DNA from: Minisyncoccota bacterium
GTDB taxonomy: Bacteria; Patescibacteriota; Microgenomatia; PFEM01; JAFGMK01
Direction: 5' to 3'
Assembly: GCA_016927565.1 (NCBI GenBank)
Contig: JAFGMK010000015.1
Location: 1,149-65,148, forward strand
Length of the DNA: 64,000 nucleotides
Shown piece after piece: positions 19,618-29,364 of this stretch. The notes below the pieces were generated by a model that saw nothing but the letters and a program-made list of their open reading frames with translations, searched no databases and was not told the origin of the DNA. Both the position numbers and the translations under genes were made by a program. Every line of letters begins with the position of its first letter. The first letter of the stretch is position 1.

Positions 19618-21588
19618 ATGGACTTGGAAAAAATAAAACTGATAGAAAATGATGATTCTTCTGCTTCCGCGGAGGAAGTGGACAAAAAGCGTCCGGAAAA
19701 TAAAAAAAGGTTTTTTTTATTCAGACCCGGTGTCCTTCTTATCTTGTCAGGTCTTCTGATTTTAGCAGGGGCTGCGTTGATTTTTTTTCTGGTTTCGCCC
19801 GCCCGCCGTCTCCAGAGTAGTTTTTCGCTTTTGAATCAGGAACTGGGGAAAACGGCTGTTCTTTTTGAAACCCAGGATTTCAAAGGCGCTCTGGCTCAAG
19901 CAGAGGTGATTGATCAGAGTTTGGGAGAAGTAGCCGATGACTATCAAAAACTGACCTGGATCCGGATTCTGCCGTATTTCGGCCGTTTTTATCAGGATGG
20001 AGAGCATTTCTTAAAAGGGGGCCGGCATTTAATCTCTGCTGCCAAAATTACTACAACAGCGCTTCTGCCTTATTATGACCTTCTGGGTTTTGAAAAAGCC
20101 GGAACTCCATCGGCTCCGATGACGATCGAGGAGCGTTTGGCTTTGGTTCTTGACACTCTGGACAAGATAATGCCTCAGGTTGATGAGATCAGCCGGGAAC
20201 TTTCTTTGGCCAAAACTGAAATTGACAAGGTTGATTCCGGCCGATATCCCGAGGAGCTTTTTGGCCAAAAAATCAGGAGCCGGCTGATTGGAGCCGGTAA
20301 TTTAATAAAGGGACTGGAGTTGACGGTTGCCGAAATTAAGCCGATTGCGGCCTATCTTAAACCTCTTTTGGGGATTCCGGAGAAGAAAACCTATTTCTTG
20401 CTTTTTCAGAATGATGCTGAGCTCAGGCCAAGCGGCGGTTTTATGACGGCCTATGCTTTTTTATCGGTTCATCAGGGTAAATTTACTCCGCTGGAGTCCC
20501 ATGATATTTACTGGCTTGATAATCAATTCGGCAATCGGCTTAAAGCGCCCGAACCGATTTTAAAATACTTACCGAATGTTGATTCATGGCATTTAAGAGA
20601 TATGAATTTATCACCTGATTTTGCTGCTTCGATGGCTGTTTTTTGGGAAAATTATCAAAAGCTTCCCGGGGCCCAAAAGGTTGATGGAATTATTGCTTTG
20701 GATACGAAAGTTTTGGTATCTATTTTGGAAGTTTTGGGTGAAATCGGTGTTTCCGGTTGGGGTAATTTTTCCGCCGAAACTGATCCGCGCTGCGATTGTC
20801 CTCAGGTTTTCTATGAGCTGGAGCGGTTTGCTGATCAGCCGGTGAGCACCTGGCGGAAGGAGCGGAAAGCCATTATCGGCCCTCTGATGCATTCAATTTT
20901 AGCCAACATTATGAATTCTCCCCGGAAAAAATGGCCGGAATTTCTGAATGTTTTCTTTACCAGTTTAAAAGAAAAACATTTACTGTTTTATTTTTTTGAC
21001 CCTGATCTCCAGAAAGCGATTGAGGCTTTAAATGCCGGCGGCCGGATCAAAAATTTTGAAGGAGATTATTTTCATCTAAATGACTGTAATTTTGCCGGAG
21101 CCAAGTCTAATATGTATATTCAGCAAACTGTGCTTCAGGATGTTGAGATCAGTTCGGATGGGTCGGTGGCCAAAAAAGTAACTGTGACTTATAAAAACCC
21201 GGCACCAGCGAGCAATTGCAATCTTGAAAAAGGCGAATTGTGTCTTAATGGTTTTTACCGGAACTGGTTCCGGATTTATGTTCCTTTGGGGAGCGAGCTT
21301 CTGGATTTTAAAGGATCCGAAGAGGAAGTCTTGACTTATGATGATTTAGGCAAGACTGTTTTTGAAGGATTCTTCGGCAAAACTCCGGGAACCTCACTTA
21401 AGCCCGAAGGGAAATTAACCTTAACCTTTAATTATCGTTTGCCTTTTAAAGTTAACAAAAGCCAGTTTTATCGTCTTTTAGTTCAGAAACAGCCGGGAGC
21501 CCTGAGTCATGATTATGAGCTCAAAGTTAACAGCCAATCAGAAAACTTTGAATTAAGCTCTGATCAGGAATTTGAGATCCGATGGTAA
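19618..21588 (+). CDS. DUF4012-family membrane-anchored protein
   Basis: N-terminal TM plus helical region; LLFQNDAELRPSGGF, DMNLSPDF, QKQPG. Confidence 0.8.
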   Translation: MDLEKIKLIENDDSSASAEEVDKKRPENKKRFFLFRPGVLLILSGLLILAGAALIFFLVSPARRLQSSFSLLNQELGKTAVLFETQDFKGALAQAEVIDQSLGEVADDYQKLTWIRILPYFGRFYQDGEHFLKGGRHLISAAKITTTALLPYYDLLGFEKAGTPSAPMTIEERLALVLDTLDKIMPQVDEISRELSLAKTEIDKVDSGRYPEELFGQKIRSRLIGAGNLIKGLELTVAEIKPIAAYLKPLLGIPEKKTYFLLFQNDAELRPSGGFMTAYAFLSVHQGKFTPLESHDIYWLDNQFGNRLKAPEPILKYLPNVDSWHLRDMNLSPDFAASMAVFWENYQKLPGAQKVDGIIALDTKVLVSILEVLGEIGVSGWGNFSAETDPRCDCPQVFYELERFADQPVSTWRKERKAIIGPLMHSILANIMNSPRKKWPEFLNVFFTSLKEKHLLFYFFDPDLQKAIEALNAGGRIKNFEGDYFHLNDCNFAGAKSNMYIQQTVLQDVEISSDGSVAKKVTVTYKNPAPASNCNLEKGELCLNGFYRNWFRIYVPLGSELLDFKGSEEEVLTYDDLGKTVFEGFFGKTPGTSLKPEGKLTLTFNYRLPFKVNKSQFYRLLVQKQPGALSHDYELKVNSQSENFELSSDQEFEIRW

Positions 21589-21644
21589 TCACTTAAGAGC
21601 TGGGGGCCGATACTCTCAGGTTTTTGTTGTACGAATGAATTCCA

Positions 21645-22193
21645 ATGAACAATTTTAAAACCGAAGCGATTGTTTTAAAAGCAATCAAATTTGCTGAGGC
21701 TGACCGGCTTTTAACTGTCTTTTCCCGCCATTATGGCCGGGTTAAAGTTTTAGCCAAAGGGATCAGAAAGGTCACCAGCCGCAAAGGGGCCAGCCTGGAA
21801 CTTTTTAACCGGACAAAGCTTGTTTTGGCAAAGGGAAGAAATCTTGATATAATTACCGAAGTTGAAGTTCTTGATGCTTATCGGAATTGGCGGCAGGATT
21901 TAGTCAGAGTCGGTGTCGCCTATTATCTGGTTGAGCTGGTGGAAAGGTTAATTCCTGAAGGGGAAGAGAATCGCCGAGTTTATCGCCTTCTGGTTAACTC
22001 CCTTGAGAATCTCAGTCAGGCTCGGATAGGGGATTTGATAAGGCGATTTGAAGAGGAAATGCTGACGGATTCGGGCTTTGGCATTCCTGAGAACTATCGG
22101 GACAATGCCGCCAGTCTGTCGGCCTACATTGAAGAAATTATTGAAAGAAATTTAAAAAGCAAAGACATTTTAAAGCTGATTAAATATGCCTAA
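21645..22193 (+). CDS. recO: DNA repair protein RecO (short form)
   Basis: EAIVLK...EADRLLTVFS...G.VKVLAKGIRK. Confidence 0.9.
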   Translation: MNNFKTEAIVLKAIKFAEADRLLTVFSRHYGRVKVLAKGIRKVTSRKGASLELFNRTKLVLAKGRNLDIITEVEVLDAYRNWRQDLVRVGVAYYLVELVERLIPEGEENRRVYRLLVNSLENLSQARIGDLIRRFEEEMLTDSGFGIPENYRDNAASLSAYIEEIIERNLKSKDILKLIKYA

Positions 22194-23556
22194 AAACAAT
22201 CTTTTGGAAAAGATAACAGCGCTTTGCAAAAGGCGGGGTTTTATTTTTCCCTCATCGGGGATTTATGGCGGGATTGCCGGAATTTATGATTATGGCCCGC
22301 TGGGAGTCGCCTTAGCCAAAAATATTAAAGATCTCTGGTGGCAGGATATGGTGGAAAAAAGGACTGATATGTACGGTCTGGACGGATCAATCCTGATGCA
22401 TCCTCGTTCCTGGGAAGCCAGCGGTCATGTTGCCGGTTTTACTGATCCTCTGGTTGATTGCGGCGACTGTCAAAAAAGATTCCGGCCCGACAAGCTTGAG
22501 GGATGGAAATTAAAAAAAGACAATCAAACCGGCCAATTCCGGGTTATTAAGACGGGTTCCCTGAAGTGTCCTGTTTGCGGAGGAAGGCTGATTGCCAAAG
22601 TCAGGCAGTTTAATGTTCTGATGGAAACTTCTCTGGGGGCGATTGAAGGAGAAAAGATGAAAGCCTATCTTAAGGGGGAATCTTGCCAGAACATTTATCT
22701 TGATTTTATTGATATCGTCAACAGCTTTTCACCTAAACTGCCTTTCGGAATTGCTCAGATCGGCAAAGCCTTTAGAAACGAGATCACTTTGGGAAAATTT
22801 ATTTTTAAGACACGGGAATTTGAACAGTTTGACATCGAATATTTTACCCGGCCGCAGGACTCGACAAGATTCTATCGGGAATGGAAAAAAATTCGCTGGG
22901 ACTGGTACCGGAAACGGTTGGGTTTGAAAGAAAAAAATCTCCGCTGGCGCCAACATGACGAGGATGAACGTATTTTTTATGCCAAGGATGCTTGGGACAT
23001 TGATTATTTTTATCCGTGGGGATGGGATGAGCTCGAAGGAGTTCACGATCGGAGTGATTATGACCTGACGCAACACGCCAAATTTTCCGGGAAAAAGCTT
23101 GATATCCCGGATCAGGAAACCAACCAGAGAATTGTTCCTTTCATTGTGGAGTGTTCGGGAGGTGTTGGCCGGACGATGTTAGCAGTGCTGCTCGATGCTT
23201 ATCGGGAGGAAGAGGGGACAAATGGTATTCGAGTATTTTTATCCCTCGATGTTAAAATTGCTCCTTACAAAGTGGCTGTTTTCCCGCTATTGGCCAATAA
23301 GGCTGAGTTGATTAAAAAAGCCAGGTCAGTTTACGAAAATTTAAAGGATCATTTCCGGGTGACCTGGGATGAGATCGGCAATATCGGCAAGCGCTATCGT
23401 CGTCAGGATGAGGCCGGTACTCCCTGGTGTGTGACAATTGATTATCAGTCTCTCAAGGATGAAATGGTGACGGTTAGGGATCGGGATACTATGGCGCAAA
23501 AACGGCTGGCAGTGGCCAGGCTGGCAGATTTTTTTAAAAAAAAGCTGAATAGTTGA
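22186..23556 (+). CDS. glyQS: Glycine--tRNA ligase, homodimeric (alpha2) type
   Basis: KRRGFIF...IYGG...YDYGPLG, GKAFRNEIT, REFEQ, IGKRYRRQDEAGTP. Confidence 0.96.
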   Translation: MPKNNLLEKITALCKRRGFIFPSSGIYGGIAGIYDYGPLGVALAKNIKDLWWQDMVEKRTDMYGLDGSILMHPRSWEASGHVAGFTDPLVDCGDCQKRFRPDKLEGWKLKKDNQTGQFRVIKTGSLKCPVCGGRLIAKVRQFNVLMETSLGAIEGEKMKAYLKGESCQNIYLDFIDIVNSFSPKLPFGIAQIGKAFRNEITLGKFIFKTREFEQFDIEYFTRPQDSTRFYREWKKIRWDWYRKRLGLKEKNLRWRQHDEDERIFYAKDAWDIDYFYPWGWDELEGVHDRSDYDLTQHAKFSGKKLDIPDQETNQRIVPFIVECSGGVGRTMLAVLLDAYREEEGTNGIRVFLSLDVKIAPYKVAVFPLLANKAELIKKARSVYENLKDHFRVTWDEIGNIGKRYRRQDEAGTPWCVTIDYQSLKDEMVTVRDRDTMAQKRLAVARLADFFKKKLNS

Positions 23557-23683
23557 TTAGGGCAATCCCGAGTCGTCGGATATTTTTGATCCCGGATCGG
23601 ATAAGCTGTCTGAGTAACAAAAAGCCAAAAATCTCTTCTGCGGGACGTCTGTATATTACGCCTCGGAGATGAGATTTAGAAAA

Positions 23684-24448
23684 ATGAAAAAAACAGCCAT
23701 TGTTTTAATTATTCTCCTGGTAATCGCGGGTTTAGCCGGGGGTGCTTTTTTTCTTTCCCGGGGCAAAAAGGAAGAAGGAAAGCCGGTATCGACACCGACG
23801 CCTCCGGTTTTTGTTGAAACGACTATTAATGAACGCCCTTTTGTCAGTCTTATCCCTTCAGAAGACGGTCATTGGTTGACGCTTAAAATCGGGCGGATTC
23901 AAAAGGCAGAGACTTTGGAATACGAGCTTTCTTATACCACCGGTGAGGGATTGGTCCAGGGAGCCTATAGCAGTCCTTTTGATCTGGGTGGGGAAACTGA
24001 TTATGAGAGAAAAATTCTTTTAGGGACTGAATCGAGCGGCAGATATCGTTATCACGAGGGAGTTAGGGAGGGGAATATCACTGTTCGTCTTGAGGGCGGT
24101 CCGGGGCCAAGAAAATATGTCAGCGAATTCAAGCTTCAACAGGGGGAAAATAGGCTGGTTTCCCCAGACAACGAGTTTGTCTTGGAGGCTGATTTTAATC
24201 CAGATCAGTTTTATTTGGTTATGCCGACAGCCGGTTTGCCGGGAGAGATAACGATTGAATCCGCCAGTTTGTATGGCGTTTTTACCTCGGGAAAGAACTC
24301 AATAAAAAACGGCCAGGCAGCCATTGGCGATTCAGAAGTTTATTTTTGGAATCTGGGATCCTGGGAATTGCTGGAAAATGGGTCAGCTGATCAGGTAGGA
24401 GTTTTTGCCGGCGCTGCCGGATCTGGTCTGCCTGAGCTGATTGAATAA
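23684..24448 (+). CDS. Hypothetical membrane-anchored/secreted protein
   Basis: MKK plus hydrophobic N-terminus, P/T-rich linker, ILLGTESSGRYRY. Confidence 0.75.
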   Translation: MKKTAIVLIILLVIAGLAGGAFFLSRGKKEEGKPVSTPTPPVFVETTINERPFVSLIPSEDGHWLTLKIGRIQKAETLEYELSYTTGEGLVQGAYSSPFDLGGETDYERKILLGTESSGRYRYHEGVREGNITVRLEGGPGPRKYVSEFKLQQGENRLVSPDNEFVLEADFNPDQFYLVMPTAGLPGEITIESASLYGVFTSGKNSIKNGQAAIGDSEVYFWNLGSWELLENGSADQVGVFAGAAGSGLPELIE

Positions 24449-24885
24449 AAAATGACTGAATCTGGTGAGAAAGCTGTTTTTTCCAGAAACAAAAAAACCT
24501 TACCCGCTTCAACCTGACACTTGCAGGAGAGATTGGCGCTGTTTAAAAAACAAAGTGCGAAACTTGCATCATTAGAGTTTTTTTTAACTACTCATTGTTC
24601 GGATAAGCGTTTCACAGTTCCACCCGGGGTAAATAATTTTGGTTTCGTGAACCGGCTCATAATGCCAAAATTAGACTATTTAGCCCAAATTACAAACCTG
24701 GTTAAAAATGGCTTTTTCCCGTCTTTGTCAAAAATTCTGATATACTTATTAAAGCAGGATTTTCCAATCCTTATTGGAGTTGTTGATATCTGGTTGGAAT
24801 TAAGGGTAATTGACCTGATTAATTGTGTTTAGGACATAAGTTTCCGCGCCTGTCATTGTCAGGATTCTAAAAAACCTTTTTAATT

Positions 24886-25731
24886 ATGTGGGAAACAGAC
24901 GATGCCTGGTTGTCTCCAGGTGAGATCGGAGAGGGTTTGTACTCAAGCCCTGAATTATATAGCCGAGCTATTTTACGACGACGGGTTATTCCGGAAACTC
25001 CGGAATCAATGCCCTCTGAAATCCGACTTGATCCTAAATATTATGGTGATTTGGAAACTGCCATTCTTGACACCGGGGGCCAATTTGTCCAGGGCGATGG
25101 TCGGGAAAGATATCAGGGAACATATTTAGGAAAGCCCGGGGCCAGAGATAGTCTGTCCCTGACCCGGACAGAATTGGGCATAGGAACCGAGCATAGCACC
25201 AGTGAATGGTCTGTGGTCCAGGATATTTTGGGAAGAGTCTGTCTTGGAAAAGCTATTGTTGACTATCATACTCATCCTAGGAGTCTTTTGTTTCCGAGCT
25301 TAACTGACGCGGCTCTTTTTCGAGCCGGCTACGGCGGGCATCTTAATTTAATTGGGACTGACGTGGGAGTTTTGGGATTTGCTTCTACGGAAAAGTCATT
25401 ACAGAGACGGATTCCTGCTTTTATTAACCGCCTTTTTTTTGATTCTCACAAAAGGAAACTTAAAAGAGGGGGGTTTAGTTATCCCCAGTTTAACGAGTTA
25501 ATTAGTTTTTGGAGAAGTCTCTTCAAAGATCCTCTGGGCAGGGGACTTAATCATGATCAGGATCAGTATCAGCTAGAAAAGACAGGCAGAGCTCTAGGAT
25601 CAATAGAGGCTGCTGGCCTAACCACCTATTTATGGCTTCCTCAATATGCCCCGCTTGATGGAAATAAATTAGAAGGTGGAATGGTAATGAAAAAAATTTC
25701 AGCTTCAGTTTTTTTTGGCGGGAACAATTAA
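24886..25731 (+). CDS. JAB/JAMM (MPN+) motif protein
   Basis: DYHTHP-x5-PSLTD at 25261-25308; candidate upstream catalytic Glu in GRERYQ. Confidence 0.6.
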   Translation: MWETDDAWLSPGEIGEGLYSSPELYSRAILRRRVIPETPESMPSEIRLDPKYYGDLETAILDTGGQFVQGDGRERYQGTYLGKPGARDSLSLTRTELGIGTEHSTSEWSVVQDILGRVCLGKAIVDYHTHPRSLLFPSLTDAALFRAGYGGHLNLIGTDVGVLGFASTEKSLQRRIPAFINRLFFDSHKRKLKRGGFSYPQFNELISFWRSLFKDPLGRGLNHDQDQYQLEKTGRALGSIEAAGLTTYLWLPQYAPLDGNKLEGGMVMKKISASVFFGGNN

Positions 25732-25812
25732 CTGGCAATTTCTCCAGCCCTAGTAAAACTAAAACACACCGGGAGCGACAAACAAAACAATAGCGGCGAT
25801 ATATTTTGCCTC

Positions 25813-25875
25813 TTGACAAAGATGTTCAAATTGGTAAAGAATGGAACAAAGTGGTGAAAAGTAGTAATAAGTAGT
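25813..25875 (+). promoter_or_regulatory. dcw/mraZ promoter with 10-bp periodic MraZ-box-like repeats
   Basis: TTGACA at 25813; cores ttggt, atgga, gtggt, gtagt, gtagt at 25831, 25841, 25851, 25861, 25871. Confidence 0.65.
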
Positions 25876-25886
25876 CAGGGGGCAAG

Positions 25887-26294
25887 GTGTTTTTTGGTGA
25901 ATACCAAATCAAATTTTTAGGCAAGGGCCGGATTGCCCTGCCGAAAAAAATTCGCAGCCGGCTTTCGGGAGACAGGGTAGTTTTAAGCCGCGGTTTCGAA
26001 AGATGCATCTTTGGTTGGGAGAAAAAAACTTGGCAGGAAGCTTCGGCTAAACAAACCGAGGTTCCGGTGACTGAATCAAGGGGCCGGGCTGTCAGGCGTT
26101 ACTTATTTTCGGGGGCGATGATAGTTCAGTTTGACGTTCAGGGAAGAGCAGTTATTCCCAGTTTTTTGCTTGATTATGCCGGAGTGAAAAAAGAAGTGAC
26201 AGTAATAGGAGCAGGTGATCACTTTGAAATTTGGGATACTCAGGCTTGGCAAGAGGAGCTCGGTTCTATCGAAACTGATAAATTGTCAGGCTAG
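25887..26294 (+). CDS. mraZ: Transcriptional regulator MraZ
   Basis: MFFGEY...KGRIALP, FDVQGRAVIP, GAGDHFEIWD. Confidence 0.95.
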   Translation: MFFGEYQIKFLGKGRIALPKKIRSRLSGDRVVLSRGFERCIFGWEKKTWQEASAKQTEVPVTESRGRAVRRYLFSGAMIVQFDVQGRAVIPSFLLDYAGVKKEVTVIGAGDHFEIWDTQAWQEELGSIETDKLSG

Positions 26295-26413
26295 ATTTTT
26301 TTGAAAAGGGGGCAATTTGATTCACTTAAACGGTGGCCGGATGAGAGAAAAACTTGAACGGCTTTTAAGAGAAGCTGACCCGGAACAGGAAAAATTGAAG
26401 AAGAGGACGCCTC

Positions 26414-27310
26414 GTGTTCAAGATAAAGTTTCATGAGCCGGTCTTAAAAATTGAAGCCTTAGAACTTTTAAAAGTTAAAAAAGGAAAGAAATATCTGGAT
26501 GCCACTGTTGGCGGAGCCGGGCACGCCGAGGAGGTTCTTAAAAAAGGGGGAACTTTACTCGGACTGGACTGCGATCCCCAAGCTCTGGCTTTCAGCAGGA
26601 AGCGCTTGGTTTCTGCCTGCCCTCCAAGCGCTTGCTGCTGGAAGCTGGTTAAAGGTAATTTCGCACGTTTAAAAAAAATTGCCCGGGACGCCGGTTTTTT
26701 ACCGGTTTCAGGGATCATCTTTGATCTGGGAGCTTCCTGGTTTCAACTGAAAGAGCCGGGCCGGGGATTTTCTCTGAGAAGCCGGATTTCTCTGGATATG
26801 AGATTGGATCCGGAAATACCGGTCAGTGCTTTTGACCTGGTTAACCATTTAAGTCAAAAAGAATTGATCTTAATTCTGAGGCGGTTTGGTGAGGAAAGGC
26901 GGGCGAGTCGTATTGTCAGAGAGATAGTTTCAAGCCGCCGGAATAAACCGATCAGGACGGGTGAGGAATTAGCGGAGATCATTGCCTCGGCATTGCCGGG
27001 ACGGAAAGGCCGGATTCATCCGGCAACCCGTTCCTTTCAGGCTTTGAGGATTGCTGTCAATAATGAGTTGGAAAATTTAAGTCAAGCCTTGCCGCAGGCA
27101 GTAGAACTCTTGGAAACGGAAGGTCGTTTGGTGGTAATCAGTTTTCACTCTTTAGAGGATAGAATTGTAAAAAATTTTTTAAGAAATCGGCAAGCCGGAG
27201 GGGAACTTAAGATTTTGACTCCGAAGCCGATCTGCGCTTCGCCGGTGGAGGTCAAAAATAATCCCGGCAGCCGGAGCGCGAAATTAAGAGCAGCCGAAAA
27301 GACAAAATGA
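26414..27310 (+). CDS. rsmH: 16S rRNA m4C1402 methyltransferase
   Basis: HEPVL, DATVGGAGH, HPATRSFQALRIAVN, ISFHSLEDRIVK, SRSAKLR. Confidence 0.97.
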   Translation: MFKIKFHEPVLKIEALELLKVKKGKKYLDATVGGAGHAEEVLKKGGTLLGLDCDPQALAFSRKRLVSACPPSACCWKLVKGNFARLKKIARDAGFLPVSGIIFDLGASWFQLKEPGRGFSLRSRISLDMRLDPEIPVSAFDLVNHLSQKELILILRRFGEERRASRIVREIVSSRRNKPIRTGEELAEIIASALPGRKGRIHPATRSFQALRIAVNNELENLSQALPQAVELLETEGRLVVISFHSLEDRIVKNFLRNRQAGGELKILTPKPICASPVEVKNNPGSRSAKLRAAEKTK

Positions 27311-27606
27311 CCAGGAAAAAACAATCGAAATTCTGGCCGGGTTTAAAATATATTTTTGGCGGAATTTTACTGCTTGCTCTGATTCAGCTATTTGCTTCGC
27401 ACCGTTTAGCAACTGCCGGTAAATTGGTAGCTGAAATTGAAGCAGAGGCGGCGGTGATAAAGACGCAAAATGATTATTTTATTGAAGATCTCGACCGCTT
27501 GAGTTCCTTGACGAACATTTCCGGTAAAGCCAGGGGGCTTGGTTTTATTCCCGCCGGCGAAGTCTTGTATCTTGCTCCTCAGATTCCGGTTGCCTTAGGC
27601 CGCTAA
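27307..27606 (+). CDS. ftsL: FtsL-like cell division protein
   Basis: Single TM plus coiled coil, A..LG motif; lies between rsmH and ftsI. Confidence 0.7.
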   Translation: MTRKKQSKFWPGLKYIFGGILLLALIQLFASHRLATAGKLVAEIEAEAAVIKTQNDYFIEDLDRLSSLTNISGKARGLGFIPAGEVLYLAPQIPVALGR

Positions 27607-27614
27607 AAAAGATT

Positions 27615-29321
27615 ATGAATACTTCTTTTCGCTTAAAATTAGTTTTGTTTGGCTTTTGGCTTCTTTTCGGGTTGGTTATCGGGCGTCTCTTTTACTGGCA
27701 AGTTTTAGAAGCCGACCAGCTGGCAATTGCGGCTTTGAAACAGCATCAGGATTTAAAAACCATTCCGGCTTCAAGGGGCCGGATTTTAGCGGCTGACAAA
27801 TCTTCTCTGGCTGCCAATGAGGAAGTTTTTTTGCTTTTTGCTGATCCTTCTCGGCTTGAAATGAAAGCTGATTTGGCGGCGGAAAAATTGGCTTTTTTGC
27901 TGGCAGGTGAAGAAGAGGAAGCCGAACTTGAAGAAACAATAAAAAATAGACTTAATCAGCCGGATTCGCTTTGGGTGCCCCTGCGGCGCCAGGTTTCCCG
28001 CGAAGTGAAAAAAACCATCGAAGAACTGGAAATTGCCGGCTTGGGATTTGAGCGGGACCAAAAGAGGATTTACCCTGAAGGAACCGCTTCGGCTCATTTG
28101 TTAGGTTTTGTCGGCCATGACCATCAGGGAGAGCCGAAAGGTTATTTTGGCCTGGAAGGTTTTTATGATCTTCAGCTGGCTGGTCAGCCTGGCGTAGTCA
28201 GGCGGGAAAAGGATGCCTCCGGGAAACCGATCTTGCTGGGATTTTCTTATAAAGAGGAAAAAAAGGACGGGCGTGACCTTTTAACCACTCTTGATCGTAC
28301 CGTTCAGTTTTTAGTAGAAAGAAAACTAAAAGAGGCATTGATTAATTACGGAGCGGTTAGCGGCTCAGTGGTGGTGATGGATCCCGACAGCGGCGCAATT
28401 TTAGGGATGGTTTCTCTGCCGGCTTATGACCCGGTGACCTATTTTAATTTTGCGGAAGAAGACTTTCCAAATCCGGTAATTGCTTCTTCTTTTGAGCCGG
28501 GATCGGTTTTTAAAATTTTGGTTGCCGCCTCGGCCGTTAACGAGGGAGTAATTACTTCTGAAACCCGCTGCCTGACTTGTTCCGGACCGAGGAAAATTGG
28601 CGGCTTTGAAATTCATACCTGGAATGATCGTTACTATCCGAATTCAACCGTTGCTGAAATTTTAATTCATTCGGACAATGTCGGGATGATTTTTGTCGCA
28701 GAAAAGCTGGGCAGGGAGAGTTTTTTAAAATATCTTAAAGGGTTCGGTTTTGCTGAGCCGACGGGAATTGATCTTCAGGAGGAAGATGTTTCTCCCCTCA
28801 GGCCGGCCGAAGAGTGGAAAGAGATTGATTTGGCAACAGCTTCTTTTGGTCAGGGAATAGCTGTTACTCCGCTTCAGATGATACGGGCCGCAGCTGTTAT
28901 TGCCAATCGGGGTTGGTTGATAGATCCTCATGTAGTTTCCGGAATAATTGAAGCGGGGGAGGTTAAAGAAATCAAAAACCGGCTTCCCAAAAGGGTGTTA
29001 AAATCGAGCGCGGCCGAATCAGTTAGCGCGATGATGGTCGAAGCGGTTGAGAAGGGAGAGGCTAAGTGGGCCAAGCCCGAAGGATTCAGGATAGCAGGCA
29101 AAACCGGAACAGCCCAAATCCCGGTGGAGGGTCATTATGATAAGGAAAAAACGATTGCCTCTTTTGTCGGCTTTGCTCCTGCCGGCCGGCCCCGCTTTGT
29201 GATGTTGGTGACCTTGAAAGAACCGAGCAGCTCTCCCTGGGGATCAGAAACTGCAGCACCTTTATGGTTCGAGATTGCCAGAGAACTCTTTATATATTGG
29301 GGAGTGATGCCTGAAAGATGA
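27615..29321 (+). CDS. ftsI: Class B penicillin-binding protein (FtsI)
   Basis: RGRI, EPGSVFK (SxxK), HSDN (SxN), KTGTAQ. Confidence 0.93.
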   Translation: MNTSFRLKLVLFGFWLLFGLVIGRLFYWQVLEADQLAIAALKQHQDLKTIPASRGRILAADKSSLAANEEVFLLFADPSRLEMKADLAAEKLAFLLAGEEEEAELEETIKNRLNQPDSLWVPLRRQVSREVKKTIEELEIAGLGFERDQKRIYPEGTASAHLLGFVGHDHQGEPKGYFGLEGFYDLQLAGQPGVVRREKDASGKPILLGFSYKEEKKDGRDLLTTLDRTVQFLVERKLKEALINYGAVSGSVVVMDPDSGAILGMVSLPAYDPVTYFNFAEEDFPNPVIASSFEPGSVFKILVAASAVNEGVITSETRCLTCSGPRKIGGFEIHTWNDRYYPNSTVAEILIHSDNVGMIFVAEKLGRESFLKYLKGFGFAEPTGIDLQEEDVSPLRPAEEWKEIDLATASFGQGIAVTPLQMIRAAAVIANRGWLIDPHVVSGIIEAGEVKEIKNRLPKRVLKSSAAESVSAMMVEAVEKGEAKWAKPEGFRIAGKTGTAQIPVEGHYDKEKTIASFVGFAPAGRPRFVMLVTLKEPSSSPWGSETAAPLWFEIARELFIYWGVMPER

Positions 29322-29364
29322 TATAATAAAGGGGAATAATTTAATTTTTAGGCGGTGATTTTTA

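Noticed and set aside
23629-23677. Imperfect hairpin (aaatctc...gagattt) after glyQS as a riboswitch or T-box
   Set aside because: It lies downstream of the synthetase, has no T-box consensus, and pairs weakly
24521-24832. 103-aa TTG-start ORF
   Set aside because: No RBS or motif and an unconvincing composition; left uncalled
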